Source: Bacillota bacterium (GTDB taxonomy: Bacteria > Bacillota > Limnochordia > Limnochordales > DUMU01). Taken from it: DNA of 64,000 bases. The DNA lies in NCBI GenBank assembly GCA_012839805.1, contig DUMU01000033.1:71567-135566 (forward strand), given 5' to 3'. Below, piece after piece: positions 1 through 10,100 of this stretch (position 1 is its first letter; each line of letters opens with the position of its first letter). Below the pieces are notes generated by a model, which saw only the letters and a program-made list of their open reading frames with translations, searched no databases and was not told where the DNA came from. A program made the position numbers and the translations under genes.

Positions 1-503
1 CGAGCGGCGGCGTGGCCGAGGCGGCCCTGCGTACCGCGTACTACCTGATCTCCGGGAAAGAGCCGGCGCCGCTGGAGTTCGAGGCCGTCCGGGGCTGGAA
101 CGACCTGCGGCGGGCTGCCATCGAGATCGACGGCAAGACCGTCCGGTGCGCGGTGGTCAGCGGTCTTGCCGGGGCGCGGCGACTGCTGGAAAGCGGCGAG
201 TATAAAGAGTATGATTTCGTCGAAGTGATGGCCTGCCCGGGCGGATGCGTCAACGGTGGCGGCCAGCTGCGGCCGGCGGAGAAAGCGGCGTACGGAGTTC
301 ATGCCCAGAAGCGGGCCGCCGGGCTTTATGCCATTGACCGGCAAAAGCCGGTGCGGACCTCGCACCACAACCCGGCCGTGGAGCGGCTTTATGCCGACTT
401 CTTGGGAGCTCCCGGTTCAGTAGTGGCGCATCACCTGCTCCACACCTCGTACCGCCCGCAGGACGCCTACCAGCTGGTGGCGACCGGGAGCAGAGAGGGT
501 TAA
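1..503 (+). CDS. [FeFe]-hydrogenase catalytic subunit, C-terminal part (5' end outside the window)
   Basis: The frame is open from the window edge to the stop at 501-503. It carries the H-cluster motif [13 protein letters not shown] followed by a small-subunit-like tail. Confidence 0.8.
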   Translation, partial: SGGVAEAALRTAYYLISGKEPAPLEFEAVRGWNDLRRAAIEIDGKTVRCAVVSGLAGARRLLESGEYKEYDFVEVMACPGGCVNGGGQLRPAEKAAYGVHAQKRAAGLYAIDRQKPVRTSHHNPAVERLYADFLGAPGSVVAHHLLHTSYRPQDAYQLVATGSREG

Positions 504-510
504 GCGCGCC

Positions 511-1065
511 ATGCAGGTACGCTACCTTACCCGTAGTGCCGTACTCCTCGCACTGGCAGTGGCAGTTCAGATGATGGGGCTGCCGCAGCTGGTCACGGGG
601 AGTGCGGTCAACACGGTGCTTTATCTTACGACCTGGGCCGCACCCCCCTTGTACGGCGTGCTGGTCGGTTCGCTCACGCCCGTCATCGCTTTCTGGCGCG
701 GCATTATGCCGGCCGGCCCGCTCGTACCTTTCATTGCGGTGGGGAACGGCATCCTGGTGCTGGTCTTCTGGGCGAGCCAGCGGCTGGTCCAGCTGGCAGG
801 CCAACGTCATGCCGGCCATCCGCCCCGGACGCCCCGGGGGTCGTACGGCTGGGTGATGGGGGGCCTGGCCGGGGTTTTGGCGGCGGCAAGCCTCAAGGCC
901 GGCTTCCTCGCGTTTTCCGTGGCCAGATTGGTCCACGTTCCACCACAGCTGGTCGCCGCCATGCAGTGGCCGCAGCTGGTAACGGCCCTCACGGGCGGCG
1001 TTATCGCCCTGGCCTTGTACTCCGTCCTGCGCCCCGTCTTCTCCCGCCAGGGCACAATGGGGTAG
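511..1065 (+). CDS. ECF-type S-component-like (TrpP-like) polytopic membrane protein
   Basis: 184 aa and almost entirely hydrophobic, with about 6 TM segments. It starts 8 nt after the hydrogenase stop. It resembles the ORF at 59074-59589 in size and topology. Confidence 0.45.
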   Translation: MQVRYLTRSAVLLALAVAVQMMGLPQLVTGSAVNTVLYLTTWAAPPLYGVLVGSLTPVIAFWRGIMPAGPLVPFIAVGNGILVLVFWASQRLVQLAGQRHAGHPPRTPRGSYGWVMGGLAGVLAAASLKAGFLAFSVARLVHVPPQLVAAMQWPQLVTALTGGVIALALYSVLRPVFSRQGTMG

Positions 1066-1091
1066 ATTTGTTACCTGATCTACCTCACGAT

Positions 1092-2198
1092 CTACCTCAC
1101 GGGGGCCGGGCAACTAAAGGTTTCGGTCTTGATGGGGTGGAGCGTCCTGGCATCCACCAGATGAACTACCTGCTCCCGTTTATCCACGGCTACGAAAGTG
1201 GGTGGGTAGCGGGAAAAGGCCCATGACCCGGCGTTGGCGTAAAGACCCCACCTGGGGCGGGGGTGGTCGCTATCTGCACCGCAGGGACGGCTGTGGTTCG
1301 TCCCGTGGGGACAGCCTGAATCGCCGCCTTCGGGGCAAGGTCCCGGCAGGCGTACGAGCCGGGGCACGTGGGTGTGACCCAAAACCACCAGCGCTGGGCC
1401 GTCGTCCCCGACCAGGCGGGCAGCGGCTTGCTGGTAACGGTCGGCCGCGGCCTCCGAATACCCTTCCTTGCTTGGAGTGTGGTGGCGCATGAGCCCCGCC
1501 AGGGCGCTCGCCCAGACCTGGGCGGGGGCGGGGGAGTCAGGCATGAGGCCGGGAACCGGTGAAAGCTGGGTGACGTTAGATGGGGCCCGGGCGACATACC
1601 GTTCCCACCAGGAACGGAGGCTCCCTCCGACGTCGCCGAGGCGCTCGTCGATGTCCGGGTCGATACGTTCCCACCATCCTACCAGCCTCGTCACCTGCCG
1701 GCTCACCCAACTGATGAACGATAAGCCCCAAATGTTGAGACTGCCCCTTCTCTTCGTACTGGTGCACCCGCCCGCCGTGAGAGTATCCCACTGGTGGCCG
1801 TGGCGAACCAGCAGCCTGCACTCCTTGACCTGGTATTCTTCGCAGAAGGTGATGCCGCCAAGCTGCGCGCCGATAAAAGCGGAGAAGGGGAACCAGTCGT
1901 GGTTACCCACGACGTAAGTCACAGGGATCTGGTGCGCAAGGGCCAGGAGATCCCGGATCAACCGCGTGTAGGCCATCAGGACCTGTTCGAGCTGCATCTG
2001 CCAGAGTTCCAGGATGTCCCCGGCCAGCACGAGTCCCGCCGCCGAGGGGGCTACTTCGCTCAATAAGGAACGGAAGAGCGACTCATTGGCCCGGAAGTCG
2101 TCGGCGCTGCTCCGGTCACCCAGGTGCAGGTCACTGACGATCAAGATCGTATCACTGAAACGCTCTCGATCGGCCTTCGGCCATGTCGCCATGGGCAT
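1092..2198 (-). CDS. calcineurin-like metallophosphoesterase (LpxH-like)
   Basis: Carries the ordered metallophosphoesterase motifs SDLHLGD, AGDILELW, VVGNHD, RHGHQWD and LGHTHVP. Confidence 0.75.
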   Translation of the reverse strand: MPMATWPKADRERFSDTILIVSDLHLGDRSSADDFRANESLFRSLLSEVAPSAAGLVLAGDILELWQMQLEQVLMAYTRLIRDLLALAHQIPVTYVVGNHDWFPFSAFIGAQLGGITFCEEYQVKECRLLVRHGHQWDTLTAGGCTSTKRRGSLNIWGLSFISWVSRQVTRLVGWWERIDPDIDERLGDVGGSLRSWWERYVARAPSNVTQLSPVPGLMPDSPAPAQVWASALAGLMRHHTPSKEGYSEAAADRYQQAAARLVGDDGPALVVLGHTHVPRLVRLPGPCPEGGDSGCPHGTNHSRPCGADSDHPRPRWGLYANAGSWAFSRYPPTFVAVDKREQVVHLVDARTLHPIKTETFSCPAPVR

Positions 2199-2508
2199 CC
2201 CACCACCTTGGAGCTGGTTTCCCCATCCTTATTTGGTATCGGTTCACACTACCTTCGCCATAACGGATGGGCTCGCCCAAATGTCACGGCCCGTCATTTG
2301 CGAGAACCCGGCGTGCCGGCGGAGGCTATTCACGACGGGCATCCGTGACCGGGATATATGAGCACTTCCAAGGGAAGAGGGACTTGGCGGCGAAATGATA
2401 GCGAGTGCGGCACGGGGCGTGCCAAAGTGCCAAGAAAGGAGGGAGCAGCGGCTACGTCGCCGGAGGTGCGACGTGCAGAGACCAAAGCATCGGCCGCTGC
2501 CCGACGCG

Positions 2509-3900
2509 ATGAATGAGCCGATAAACTCGGAAAGAACGGTATCGTCAGTTGTGCAAGCTTCGTCCACTCCGGAATGGCGGAAACTCGCCTACAGTTTCGG
2601 TTCTCTTGGCTCGGCCCTCCTGGCCCAGGCTTTCTCCGTCTACATTCTGTTTTTCTACGTGGATACTCTCAAAGGCCCCGCCATCGCCATCGGCAACGTG
2701 ATGTTCGCTTACGGGATCTGGAACGCCATCAACGATCCTCTCTTTGGCCTCCTTTCCGACCGGACCCGCACCCGATGGGGGAGGCGACGGCCGTACATCG
2801 CGCTGGGAACGCTCCCTCTCGCCCTCGCTTTCTGCTTCCTCTGGCGACCGCCCTTTGGCGCGGCGCAACCCGTTCCGCTGGTGACATACTTCGCCCTCGC
2901 GGTCTTTGTGTGGGACGGCCTTTACACGCTGGTGATCCTCAACTGGACCGCGCTCTTTCCCGAGATGTTTCAAAGTCTCCCGGAACGGAGCCGGGTGTCG
3001 GGATACCGGCAGATGTTCAGCATCATAGGGTTGATCCTCGGCATCGCCCTGGCACCGCTGATTTACGAGACCTGGGGTTGGCCGGTGATGGGGCTACTTT
3101 TTGCGGTGATCGGCGGGGGGGCGATTTTCGTCTCGCTCCTTGGGAGCCGCGAACGCATGGACCGGGGTAGGGCAGAAACCCAGCCGATAGGGCTGATCGA
3201 CTCGTTGAAATTCACTTTGGTCAACCGTTCGTTCGCTTTCTACGTAGCAGGTAACTTCCTTATCAACCTGGCGTTCACCATCGTGCAAGCGGTGCTTCCT
3301 TTCTATACGAAGTACGTGCTACATCTAGACAAGTTTCAAACCTCATTGCTTTTTTTGGCCGTCTTCGGGGTGGCGTTCGTCTTTATGCCGATATGGGCCC
3401 GTTTCACGGCGAGCCGGGGGGCGCGGCAGGCGATCCTCACCGCTTCGCTGCTCTTCGGGGTGATTCTCTGGGGTTTTGCGCTAAGCCGCGGCTTCCTGGA
3501 TGCACTGGCGACAGGGGCACTGGCGGGAGCGGGGCTCGCAGGGCTGATGATGCTCCCCGACGTGCTCATTGCCGACGTCATCGACGAGGACCAGCTACGG
3601 GCCGGGCAAAGGCGGGAGGGTGCCTACTTCGGCATCCAGGCGTTCGTCATCCGCCTGGGAATATCAATCGAATCGGTCCTGGTAACCAGGATTCTCGAGG
3701 CGGCCGGATACGACCCGGAGGCAGCGATACAGCCCGATACGGCCTTGGTGGCCTTGCGGCTCCTCATGTCCGGCCTTCCGTTCGTGCTGCTGGTTTTGGT
3801 GGCGGTCGCTTTTTGGTTCTACCCGCTGCACGGTGAACGTCTGGCTGCGGTCCGCCAGGCGCTGCCGGGTGCAAGAGTGCCGGCGGTGCGGAGAGGATAA
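2509..3900 (+). CDS. GPH-family (MelB/UidB-type, MFS_2) glycoside:cation symporter
   Basis: 12-TM profile with the GPH loop motif DRTRTRWGRRRPYI. The ORF opens at 2395, but that N-terminus is Arg-rich and non-membrane, so ATG 2509 is preferred. Confidence 0.75.
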   Translation: MNEPINSERTVSSVVQASSTPEWRKLAYSFGSLGSALLAQAFSVYILFFYVDTLKGPAIAIGNVMFAYGIWNAINDPLFGLLSDRTRTRWGRRRPYIALGTLPLALAFCFLWRPPFGAAQPVPLVTYFALAVFVWDGLYTLVILNWTALFPEMFQSLPERSRVSGYRQMFSIIGLILGIALAPLIYETWGWPVMGLLFAVIGGGAIFVSLLGSRERMDRGRAETQPIGLIDSLKFTLVNRSFAFYVAGNFLINLAFTIVQAVLPFYTKYVLHLDKFQTSLLFLAVFGVAFVFMPIWARFTASRGARQAILTASLLFGVILWGFALSRGFLDALATGALAGAGLAGLMMLPDVLIADVIDEDQLRAGQRREGAYFGIQAFVIRLGISIESVLVTRILEAAGYDPEAAIQPDTALVALRLLMSGLPFVLLVLVAVAFWFYPLHGERLAAVRQALPGARVPAVRRG

Positions 3901-3901
3901 T

Positions 3902-3946
3902 GCAGCGCTCCCTGCACCGCCAGCCTAGCGGTGCAGGGAGCGCTGC
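3902..3946. terminator. perfect 18-bp inverted repeat between convergent genes (bidirectional terminator candidate)
   Basis: GCAGCGCTCCCTGCACCG (3902-3919), a 9-nt loop, then CGGTGCAGGGAGCGCTGC (3929-3946). It starts 2 nt after the symporter stop. There is no clear U-tract on either strand. Confidence 0.5.
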
Positions 3947-3979
3947 CCGCTGCTCCGGGACCGTTTCGAGACCGTTCGT

Positions 3980-5650
3980 CTACAGCCGGCCGTGGCGCTG
4001 GAGCTCCCGGCGGAGCTGCTCGCCCAGGGTGCCGCCCGGATGGATGCGGAAGAAATCCAGGCGGCCGAAGCGGCGCTTTGCCATGACGGCCACCGCCAGG
4101 GCATCGCCGACTACGCTCTCTACCGTGCTGCTGGTGGTGGCGATCAGGCCCAGGGGATCGGCCTCCCGCTCGATGTGGGCGTCAAGGACTATACGAGAAC
4201 GCTGGGCAAGACGGGAGGAGCGGTTGCCGGTGATAGCGATGACCGGTGCTCCACTGGGGGTGGCAGCATCGACGAAGGCCAGCACTTCCCCCGTTTCACC
4301 GCTGTTGGAGATGGCGATGATCACATCCTCGGCGGTGACGGAGCCGGCGTCTCCATGCAACCCCTCGGCAGGGTGAACGAAAAAGGCCGGGGTTCCGGAA
4401 GAGTTGAAGGTGGAGGCAAGCTTTTGGGCCACGTGCCCGGGCTTGCTCATACCGGTTAGGATGACCCGGCCCGTGCACGAGAGGATCAGGTTCACTGCCT
4501 CTTCAAACTCGGGCCCGATCCGATCCAGCAGGGCCAGGACCGCCAGGCCCTCTTCCTCGATGGTGTGTCGGATCCATCCCATAGTATCGTCCGGTGATGG
4601 GAATGGTGACACGGGGAAGGTAGCCGCCGGCTCGCGGGGGAGTTCCAGCTTTCCCCCGCTCTCCAGGAACTGCTCTACTTCTGCCCGCGTGGGCGCGGAC
4701 GCACTTGCCCCCGGCCGGGTGACGGCGATAGCCGCCGCGGCCGCGGCAAAACGGGCGGCGGAGACCAGTGTCTCGCCGGCGGCAAGGCCGGTGGCCAGGG
4801 CGGCGCAGAACGTGTCCCCTGCCCCTACGGTGTCTACCGGTTCGACCGGAAAGGCCGGAATCCATTCCCCACCGGTCCGGGCGGGGTCATCCGTTTCTTC
4901 AGAACTCAATACGAATGCTCCCTCTCGACCGGCCGTGACCACCACCTGCCGTACTCCCCTGGCGAGCAGGGCACGGGCCGCCTTTTCCACGCCGCCGGGC
5001 GTGTCCGTGGGCACCCCGGAGAGCAGGGCGGCTTCGCTGCGGTTGGGCACGAGGACCGAAATTTGCGACCACCAGGAAGCGGGGAAGGGCTCGGTCGGGG
5101 CGGGAGCGGGATTGAGAACCACGGGAACCGAGTGCTGGGTTGCCTGCTCCAGGACGGCCGCTACCGTAGCCAGCGGTATCTCCAGCTGAACGAGTACGAC
5201 CTGAGCCCAGTCGAAAAGGGAGAGGGAGGCTGCCCTGGACACGTCCGCCGGAGAGAGCCGGGCATTGGCACCGGGAACGACGATAATCCGGTTTTCTCCG
5301 CTCTTCTCCAGGGTGATGAGTGCAACCCCGGTGGCGACGCCGGGTTCCACCGTCACACTCCGGGTACCGACTCGCTCCGCTCGTAGCTGCCGTAGTCGTT
5401 CCCGGCCAAAGGGGTCGCTACCCACCTTGCCGACCATCTCCACCGCCGCTCCCAGGCGAGCAGCCGCCACCGCCTGGTTTGCTCCTTTCCCTCCGCCCGT
5501 ACGGTGGAAGGAGTCACCCAGCAGGGTTTCTCCGGCGGCCGGAGCCCGCTCGACGGTGGCCACCAGGTCCATGTTAATGCTGCCTACTACGAGGACCCGC
5601 GGGGGACCTGCCGCCGGCTGCTCACGATTACGCTCCGCTAGGTCGGACAA
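3980..5650 (-). CDS. ribokinase fused to a KdsD/KpsF-type SIS (arabinose-5-phosphate isomerase-like) domain
   Basis: N-terminal half has GGKGANQAVAAARLG and DTVGAGDTFCAALA (ribokinase). A Pro-rich linker follows. The C-terminal half has GRVILTGMSKPG, FFVHPAEGLHGDAG, AISNSGET, PLGLIATTSST, GDALAVA and HPGGTLG (SIS of A5P isomerases, no CBS pair). The ORF opens at GTG 5659, but that codon overlaps the AGGAGG at 5664-5659, so TTG 5650 is the likelier start. Confidence 0.8.
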   Translation of the reverse strand: MSDLAERNREQPAAGPPRVLVVGSINMDLVATVERAPAAGETLLGDSFHRTGGGKGANQAVAAARLGAAVEMVGKVGSDPFGRERLRQLRAERVGTRSVTVEPGVATGVALITLEKSGENRIIVVPGANARLSPADVSRAASLSLFDWAQVVLVQLEIPLATVAAVLEQATQHSVPVVLNPAPAPTEPFPASWWSQISVLVPNRSEAALLSGVPTDTPGGVEKAARALLARGVRQVVVTAGREGAFVLSSEETDDPARTGGEWIPAFPVEPVDTVGAGDTFCAALATGLAAGETLVSAARFAAAAAAIAVTRPGASASAPTRAEVEQFLESGGKLELPREPAATFPVSPFPSPDDTMGWIRHTIEEEGLAVLALLDRIGPEFEEAVNLILSCTGRVILTGMSKPGHVAQKLASTFNSSGTPAFFVHPAEGLHGDAGSVTAEDVIIAISNSGETGEVLAFVDAATPSGAPVIAITGNRSSRLAQRSRIVLDAHIEREADPLGLIATTSSTVESVVGDALAVAVMAKRRFGRLDFFRIHPGGTLGEQLRRELQRHGRL

Positions 5651-5884
5651 TGATTCCACCTCCTAGACCTGGTTTGCCAACCTATTTCGCCGGGCTGGCA
5701 GGTTTCTCCTGCCCTTCTACCAGCAATTGCTCGCCGGCAAGGCCCGCAACCGCGCATCAACCTTGGCCGTCTTGAACCCACAGTGCATCTCACCATTCTC
5801 GCATAAAAAGGCCAGGGCCTTGTCCGCGTTAAGTATGGCGTCAGCCGGGGTAAGAACCGGCAGGAGACAAAGGGAAGGCCCACC

Positions 5885-7156
5885 TCAAACGGGCAACCTG
5901 TAGGCGTAAAGAGCGGTCAACACCTGGGTATAATGCTTGTAGACTCCCCCCAGGAACACCAGCGGCAACGATGGGTCGGCATCGACCACGGCCACCGGCC
6001 GTAGCGGGTGTGACTCCCCACCCCGCAGAAGCTCCCTGGTTACCCATGTTGCCCCGCCGTCGGACGAGTGCCATTCTTCCAGCGTCCATTGGCAGCCGCT
6101 GCTGCTTTGCCTCACCAGCCAAACCGTTCCGGGTGGCTCTGAGACCTTGGCGACGGTGAGACCACCGGAGTAGGATGGTTCACTTTCTCCGTCGATGGTA
6201 CGCCCCGCGCGGGCAAACTCGTAGACCGATCCCTTTTCGTCTACGACGGCGTAGCGATGGTCACGGGCCGACACGATCTTGGCAAACCATAGCCACGACC
6301 TCATGCGGTCGTCCATCGAGACGTCCCAGATCCATGCTTTGCCGCGGTCCGGGTCTTTCGTCGCATCCCAGCGAAGTCTGAGAGAAGTCATATCCACGGG
6401 CAGCCGGCTGCCGTCAAACAGATTCCCCAGGCTTGTGCCGTCTTCGTCCAGGAGCACATGTCCCGTCTTCAAATCCACCTGCATGCTGTAGAGGCTGTAG
6501 GTCTGCCGGTCGCCCGACCGATCCGGATGTTGGGTCACCCCGAAAACCAGTCGTTCGCGATGGATTGGGTGCTGAATCCCCTTGATGTAAAACTGCAAGC
6601 CGTGCTGAACGACCCTTTGTTCTCGTCCCCACGTCTGCCCATCGTCCTTTGAGACCCGGCACGCCCAGTACCACATGTCCCGGTCCTGTATCCGGTAGAA
6701 GACGACCACCGTCTTCTCCCACCGCCACGCCTGTGCATAGGTGACGGTTCCGGATGGCGTGGGCAGGGATTGTTCCGCTTCCCAGGAACGGCTGTCCTCC
6801 GGGTGCATTGAGACCCGATAGCGCAGGAACGGGTCGCGGTTATGTTTGGTGTAGAACGCGATCAAGCGGCCATCCGCCCGCAGCAGGATGGCGGCCACGT
6901 CATGATCGTCCACCTCGCCGAGCGGGGCGAGGACGGTTGGGGTGAAGCGGCCGGTGAGATGGTCGTAAGCTCCGATCCAAACCTTGCCCTCGCGGTCGAG
7001 CCAGCTGATGTAGGTTTGGTTGGAACGTCCTTGGTGATGCACAGCGGTCGGCACCGTAAACCACGACCATCCGGCCGAGTCGAAAAGAGATACAATGCCG
7101 GGATGTTGCGACCCTCGCGAGATCGTACCCATCCCTTCATGCGCCTCCTGCGTCAC
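5885..7156 (-). CDS. BNR/Asp-box beta-propeller protein (BNR_4-like), function unknown
   Basis: Two Asp-box motifs (SKDDGQTWG and SSDGGATWV) with repeated beta-strand-like periodicity and no signal peptide. An alternative start is ATG 7132, preceded by AGGAGG. Confidence 0.55.
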   Translation of the reverse strand: MTQEAHEGMGTISRGSQHPGIVSLFDSAGWSWFTVPTAVHHQGRSNQTYISWLDREGKVWIGAYDHLTGRFTPTVLAPLGEVDDHDVAAILLRADGRLIAFYTKHNRDPFLRYRVSMHPEDSRSWEAEQSLPTPSGTVTYAQAWRWEKTVVVFYRIQDRDMWYWACRVSKDDGQTWGREQRVVQHGLQFYIKGIQHPIHRERLVFGVTQHPDRSGDRQTYSLYSMQVDLKTGHVLLDEDGTSLGNLFDGSRLPVDMTSLRLRWDATKDPDRGKAWIWDVSMDDRMRSWLWFAKIVSARDHRYAVVDEKGSVYEFARAGRTIDGESEPSYSGGLTVAKVSEPPGTVWLVRQSSSGCQWTLEEWHSSDGGATWVTRELLRGGESHPLRPVAVVDADPSLPLVFLGGVYKHYTQVLTALYAYRLPV

Positions 7157-7174
7157 GGCCGGTCCCGGGGCCCG

Positions 7175-10100
7175 TCAGGTCCAGCGTAGCAGGATCGTCT
7201 TGATCTCAAAGGGTCGGAATTCCACGTCGAAACCGTCCTCGCCTGCCGGCAGCACCTCGTTGCCGGTGCTTTGCTCCAGGAGATCGACTTCTTGAACTAC
7301 TGCCGGACGGCCCCGTTCGGCGAGCAGGGCCGTTCCGAACCGTACTCGTATCTTGCTTGCCTTGCCCTCCACCTCGTAGAGGCGGATGATCCAATCACGC
7401 TTCGGCCCCGTTGCCTCCCGACCAGGCGCGTCGGCGTCCGGATCAGGTACTCCTTCCCGGGGTTTGAGCACGCTCCAGGCAACCGAGTCCGCCGGGTGGA
7501 GCTCGATCCAGGATACCTCCCCTTCTTTTGCCCGGTTTGCACCCGTCGAATCGGCCCCTCCCACCCTTGTCCCTGTATCTAGATCTAGGCTGGCCGGGAT
7601 CGCGAGTTCACCTGCCGTCAGCGCTTGCCCCTGAAGGGAATACTGGTACTCCGTCGCCTCCCGGGCTGCCTTTGCCGCCCACGTCCTGTCCCGTTCTTCC
7701 GGCGTAATCGGCACGATCGCCCACTCGATCTCATGCCTTCCCTGGTCCGGCAGGGGATCGGGATCGTGCGAGGCCCGCAGCAGCGTCATCCGCAGGGTGG
7801 CAATCTGAGCGGGGACACGACCGGCGTCTCCTCCTCGTTCCTCGAGCCTGGCCGAGAACCCGTAGCGGCCGCGATTGAGCAGCAGCAGTTGTCCCAGGCC
7901 CGCAAACCGCTGACCCGGAACTTCCATGCCGTCCGCCGGACGCCGAATGGCTCCGAAGGGAATCTCGTAGAGAGCTTCCGGACGGCCGGAATCGCTGACG
8001 CTCACCGGGAATGCCACCTGCAGGGTGGGTGCGGGACGTCCCTGATCTCCACTTTCCCTCCAATCGGCGGTCAGATGGTACTCGAGACGGCGGGCGGCGG
8101 CGGTCAACCGGATCCGCAGTTCAAAACGGCTATTCCCAAAAGTGTGCTGAGCGGCCACCGTCGCCTCCACCGGCCCGTTTTTCTCTACCCGCAACCCCGC
8201 CCCGGAGGTTAGGGGCTGCCGGGCGGTGAAAGGACCGATTTTCCACGCCGACATGCCGTGCGGCGCCTCCAGGTTTACCTCGAGCAATCCCAACCGGTGA
8301 CCGGCCGGCACCAGGTCCTGCCCGGTGCGCTTGTCGATCAGGTGGATGATCGCGCCTGAACCGGGTTCGATCTCCGCAGCGACCCAGCTATTTTCCAGAT
8401 GGGCCACACCATTGCCATCGATCCACGCCTGTACACCGGGACCGCCGGGCGGATCACCGGGATCAATAGCAGGATCGTAGTCGTGCCACGCCCCCCGGCG
8501 CCGCCAGCCCTGTTGCTCAATGAGCTGTTCCCATTCGGCCGGCGTAAGCAGAAGAGCAGCATACGCGCGCAGGCCGAGCGGTGGCATCTCCAGGGCCGGG
8601 AAGGCCACCCGTAGCACCTCGTGCCCCCACTCCTCCCGGCGATGCAGACGTTGCGTCAAAACGGGATGACCCTCCGGATCTATCAGCACTGCATACTCGG
8701 CGCCGGCCGGCGGGTCCCAAATGCTGAGGGTTACGGTATCCGAGCGACGCCAGGGAAGGGGGTTGGCCACGGCTACGGGACGTACCCAATCCGGGGCGAC
8801 GCTTACCCGCGGCTTCAGCCTGGCAACGGTTTCGGCCTGGGACGCCGAGTAATAGGCAAGCTTGTGTCGGAACAGGTACTGCAACGCCCGGTTTTCTACC
8901 GCCTCCGCGGCGGCCTGCACCTGTTGCCCGAGCCCCAATGCGTACTGATACGTGGCGGGCACACCGCTGCCGGGTAGTATGTCGTGGAACTGGTTGAAAA
9001 GGTGTTTACGCCAGGCCTGCTCCAGCAATCCCGGAACGGACTCTGCCTCACCGGCTACCGCCTGCCAGGCTTCGGCCCGGGTGAGCAAGGTCTCACCGTC
9101 ACGGTTCAGCTGCTTGATGCGGCTCTGGGAAGTGTAGCAACCGGCGAAGACGGCGTTGAGTTCACCCCGGTAGACGGGAAGCCGGGGAGCGGGTAAACCG
9201 GGAATACCGGCGGCTGGAGCCTCCTGCCGGCCGGCCAGCTGAGCATCGACCCGTTCAAAAAACGCTTTGACCGTACTGAACTGCACCCGCGGGAAGAGCG
9301 GCCACTCCTGCACGCGGCGGATAGTCTCGAGGTCCCGGCGGGTCGGACCGCCACCGTGGTCGCCGACACCGTAAACAAAAAGGTAGTCGGTTACGCCAGT
9401 CTCGCGTGCCAGCTGAACTGCTGCCAGGGCGGCCTCCACCGGTCGCACGGGCCCGTTGTACCATAGCTCGCTGTCGTGGAAGGCCATCAACCGGCTGCCG
9501 TCCGGCCCTTCCCACCAGAAGAGCCGCAGCCGCGGGCCCAGGTGGCCGCCACGGCAGTAGTAGTAATAGCGGATGCCGGCCCGTCGAAGGATACCCGGCA
9601 GGGTAAAGGGGTGGCCGAAGGCGTCCGGCTGCCACACCAGCGGGACTTCAGCAGGGCGCAGGCCCAGTTCACGTGCGAAATAGCGCTTGGCGTAGAGGAG
9701 CTGGCGGACGGCCGACGCACCGCTTGCCATATTCTCGTCGTTCTCCACCCAGGTGGAGGCGGTCACTTCCCATTGCCCTTGACGCTGGCGCTCGCGGATG
9801 CGGGAAAAGATCTCGGGGTAGTATTCCTGCATTGCTACATAGACCGAAGCCTGGCTTTGCGAAAAGCGGAAGTCAGGGTATTCGGCCATGAGCCGGTCCA
9901 TGGTGCGGAAGGTATCACGGCTCACCCGCACGGTCTCGGGCCAGTCCCAGAGCCAGTTCATGTCGATGTGGGCGTGCCCCGCGCAGTGGATAACAAACGA
10001 GCGTGCTACCGGCCCGACCGCGGGCACCAACATGGACTCCACCGCCGGCACGACGGCGGACCAGCGCTCACCGGCTTCAAGCCCGTGACGAAGCTGCTCC

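Noticed and set aside
1077-1100. 12-bp tandem duplication GATCTACCTCAC x2 at the 3' end of the metallophosphoesterase gene.
   Set aside because: It is real but only two copies, and it overlaps the stop-codon region. I see no functional implication beyond local slippage.
250-1113. Long antisense or alternate-frame ORFs. Examples are 250-1113 (-), 21026-21838 (-), 35774-36949 (+), 41599-42672 (+), 47347-48180 (+), 56912-58144 (-), 58235-59107 (-) and 9476-10327 (+).
   Set aside because: Each overlaps a gene with clear family motifs on the other strand or in another frame. Their translations are Arg/Pro/Gly/Ala-rich with no motifs. This is the expected artefact of scarce stop codons in GC-rich DNA.
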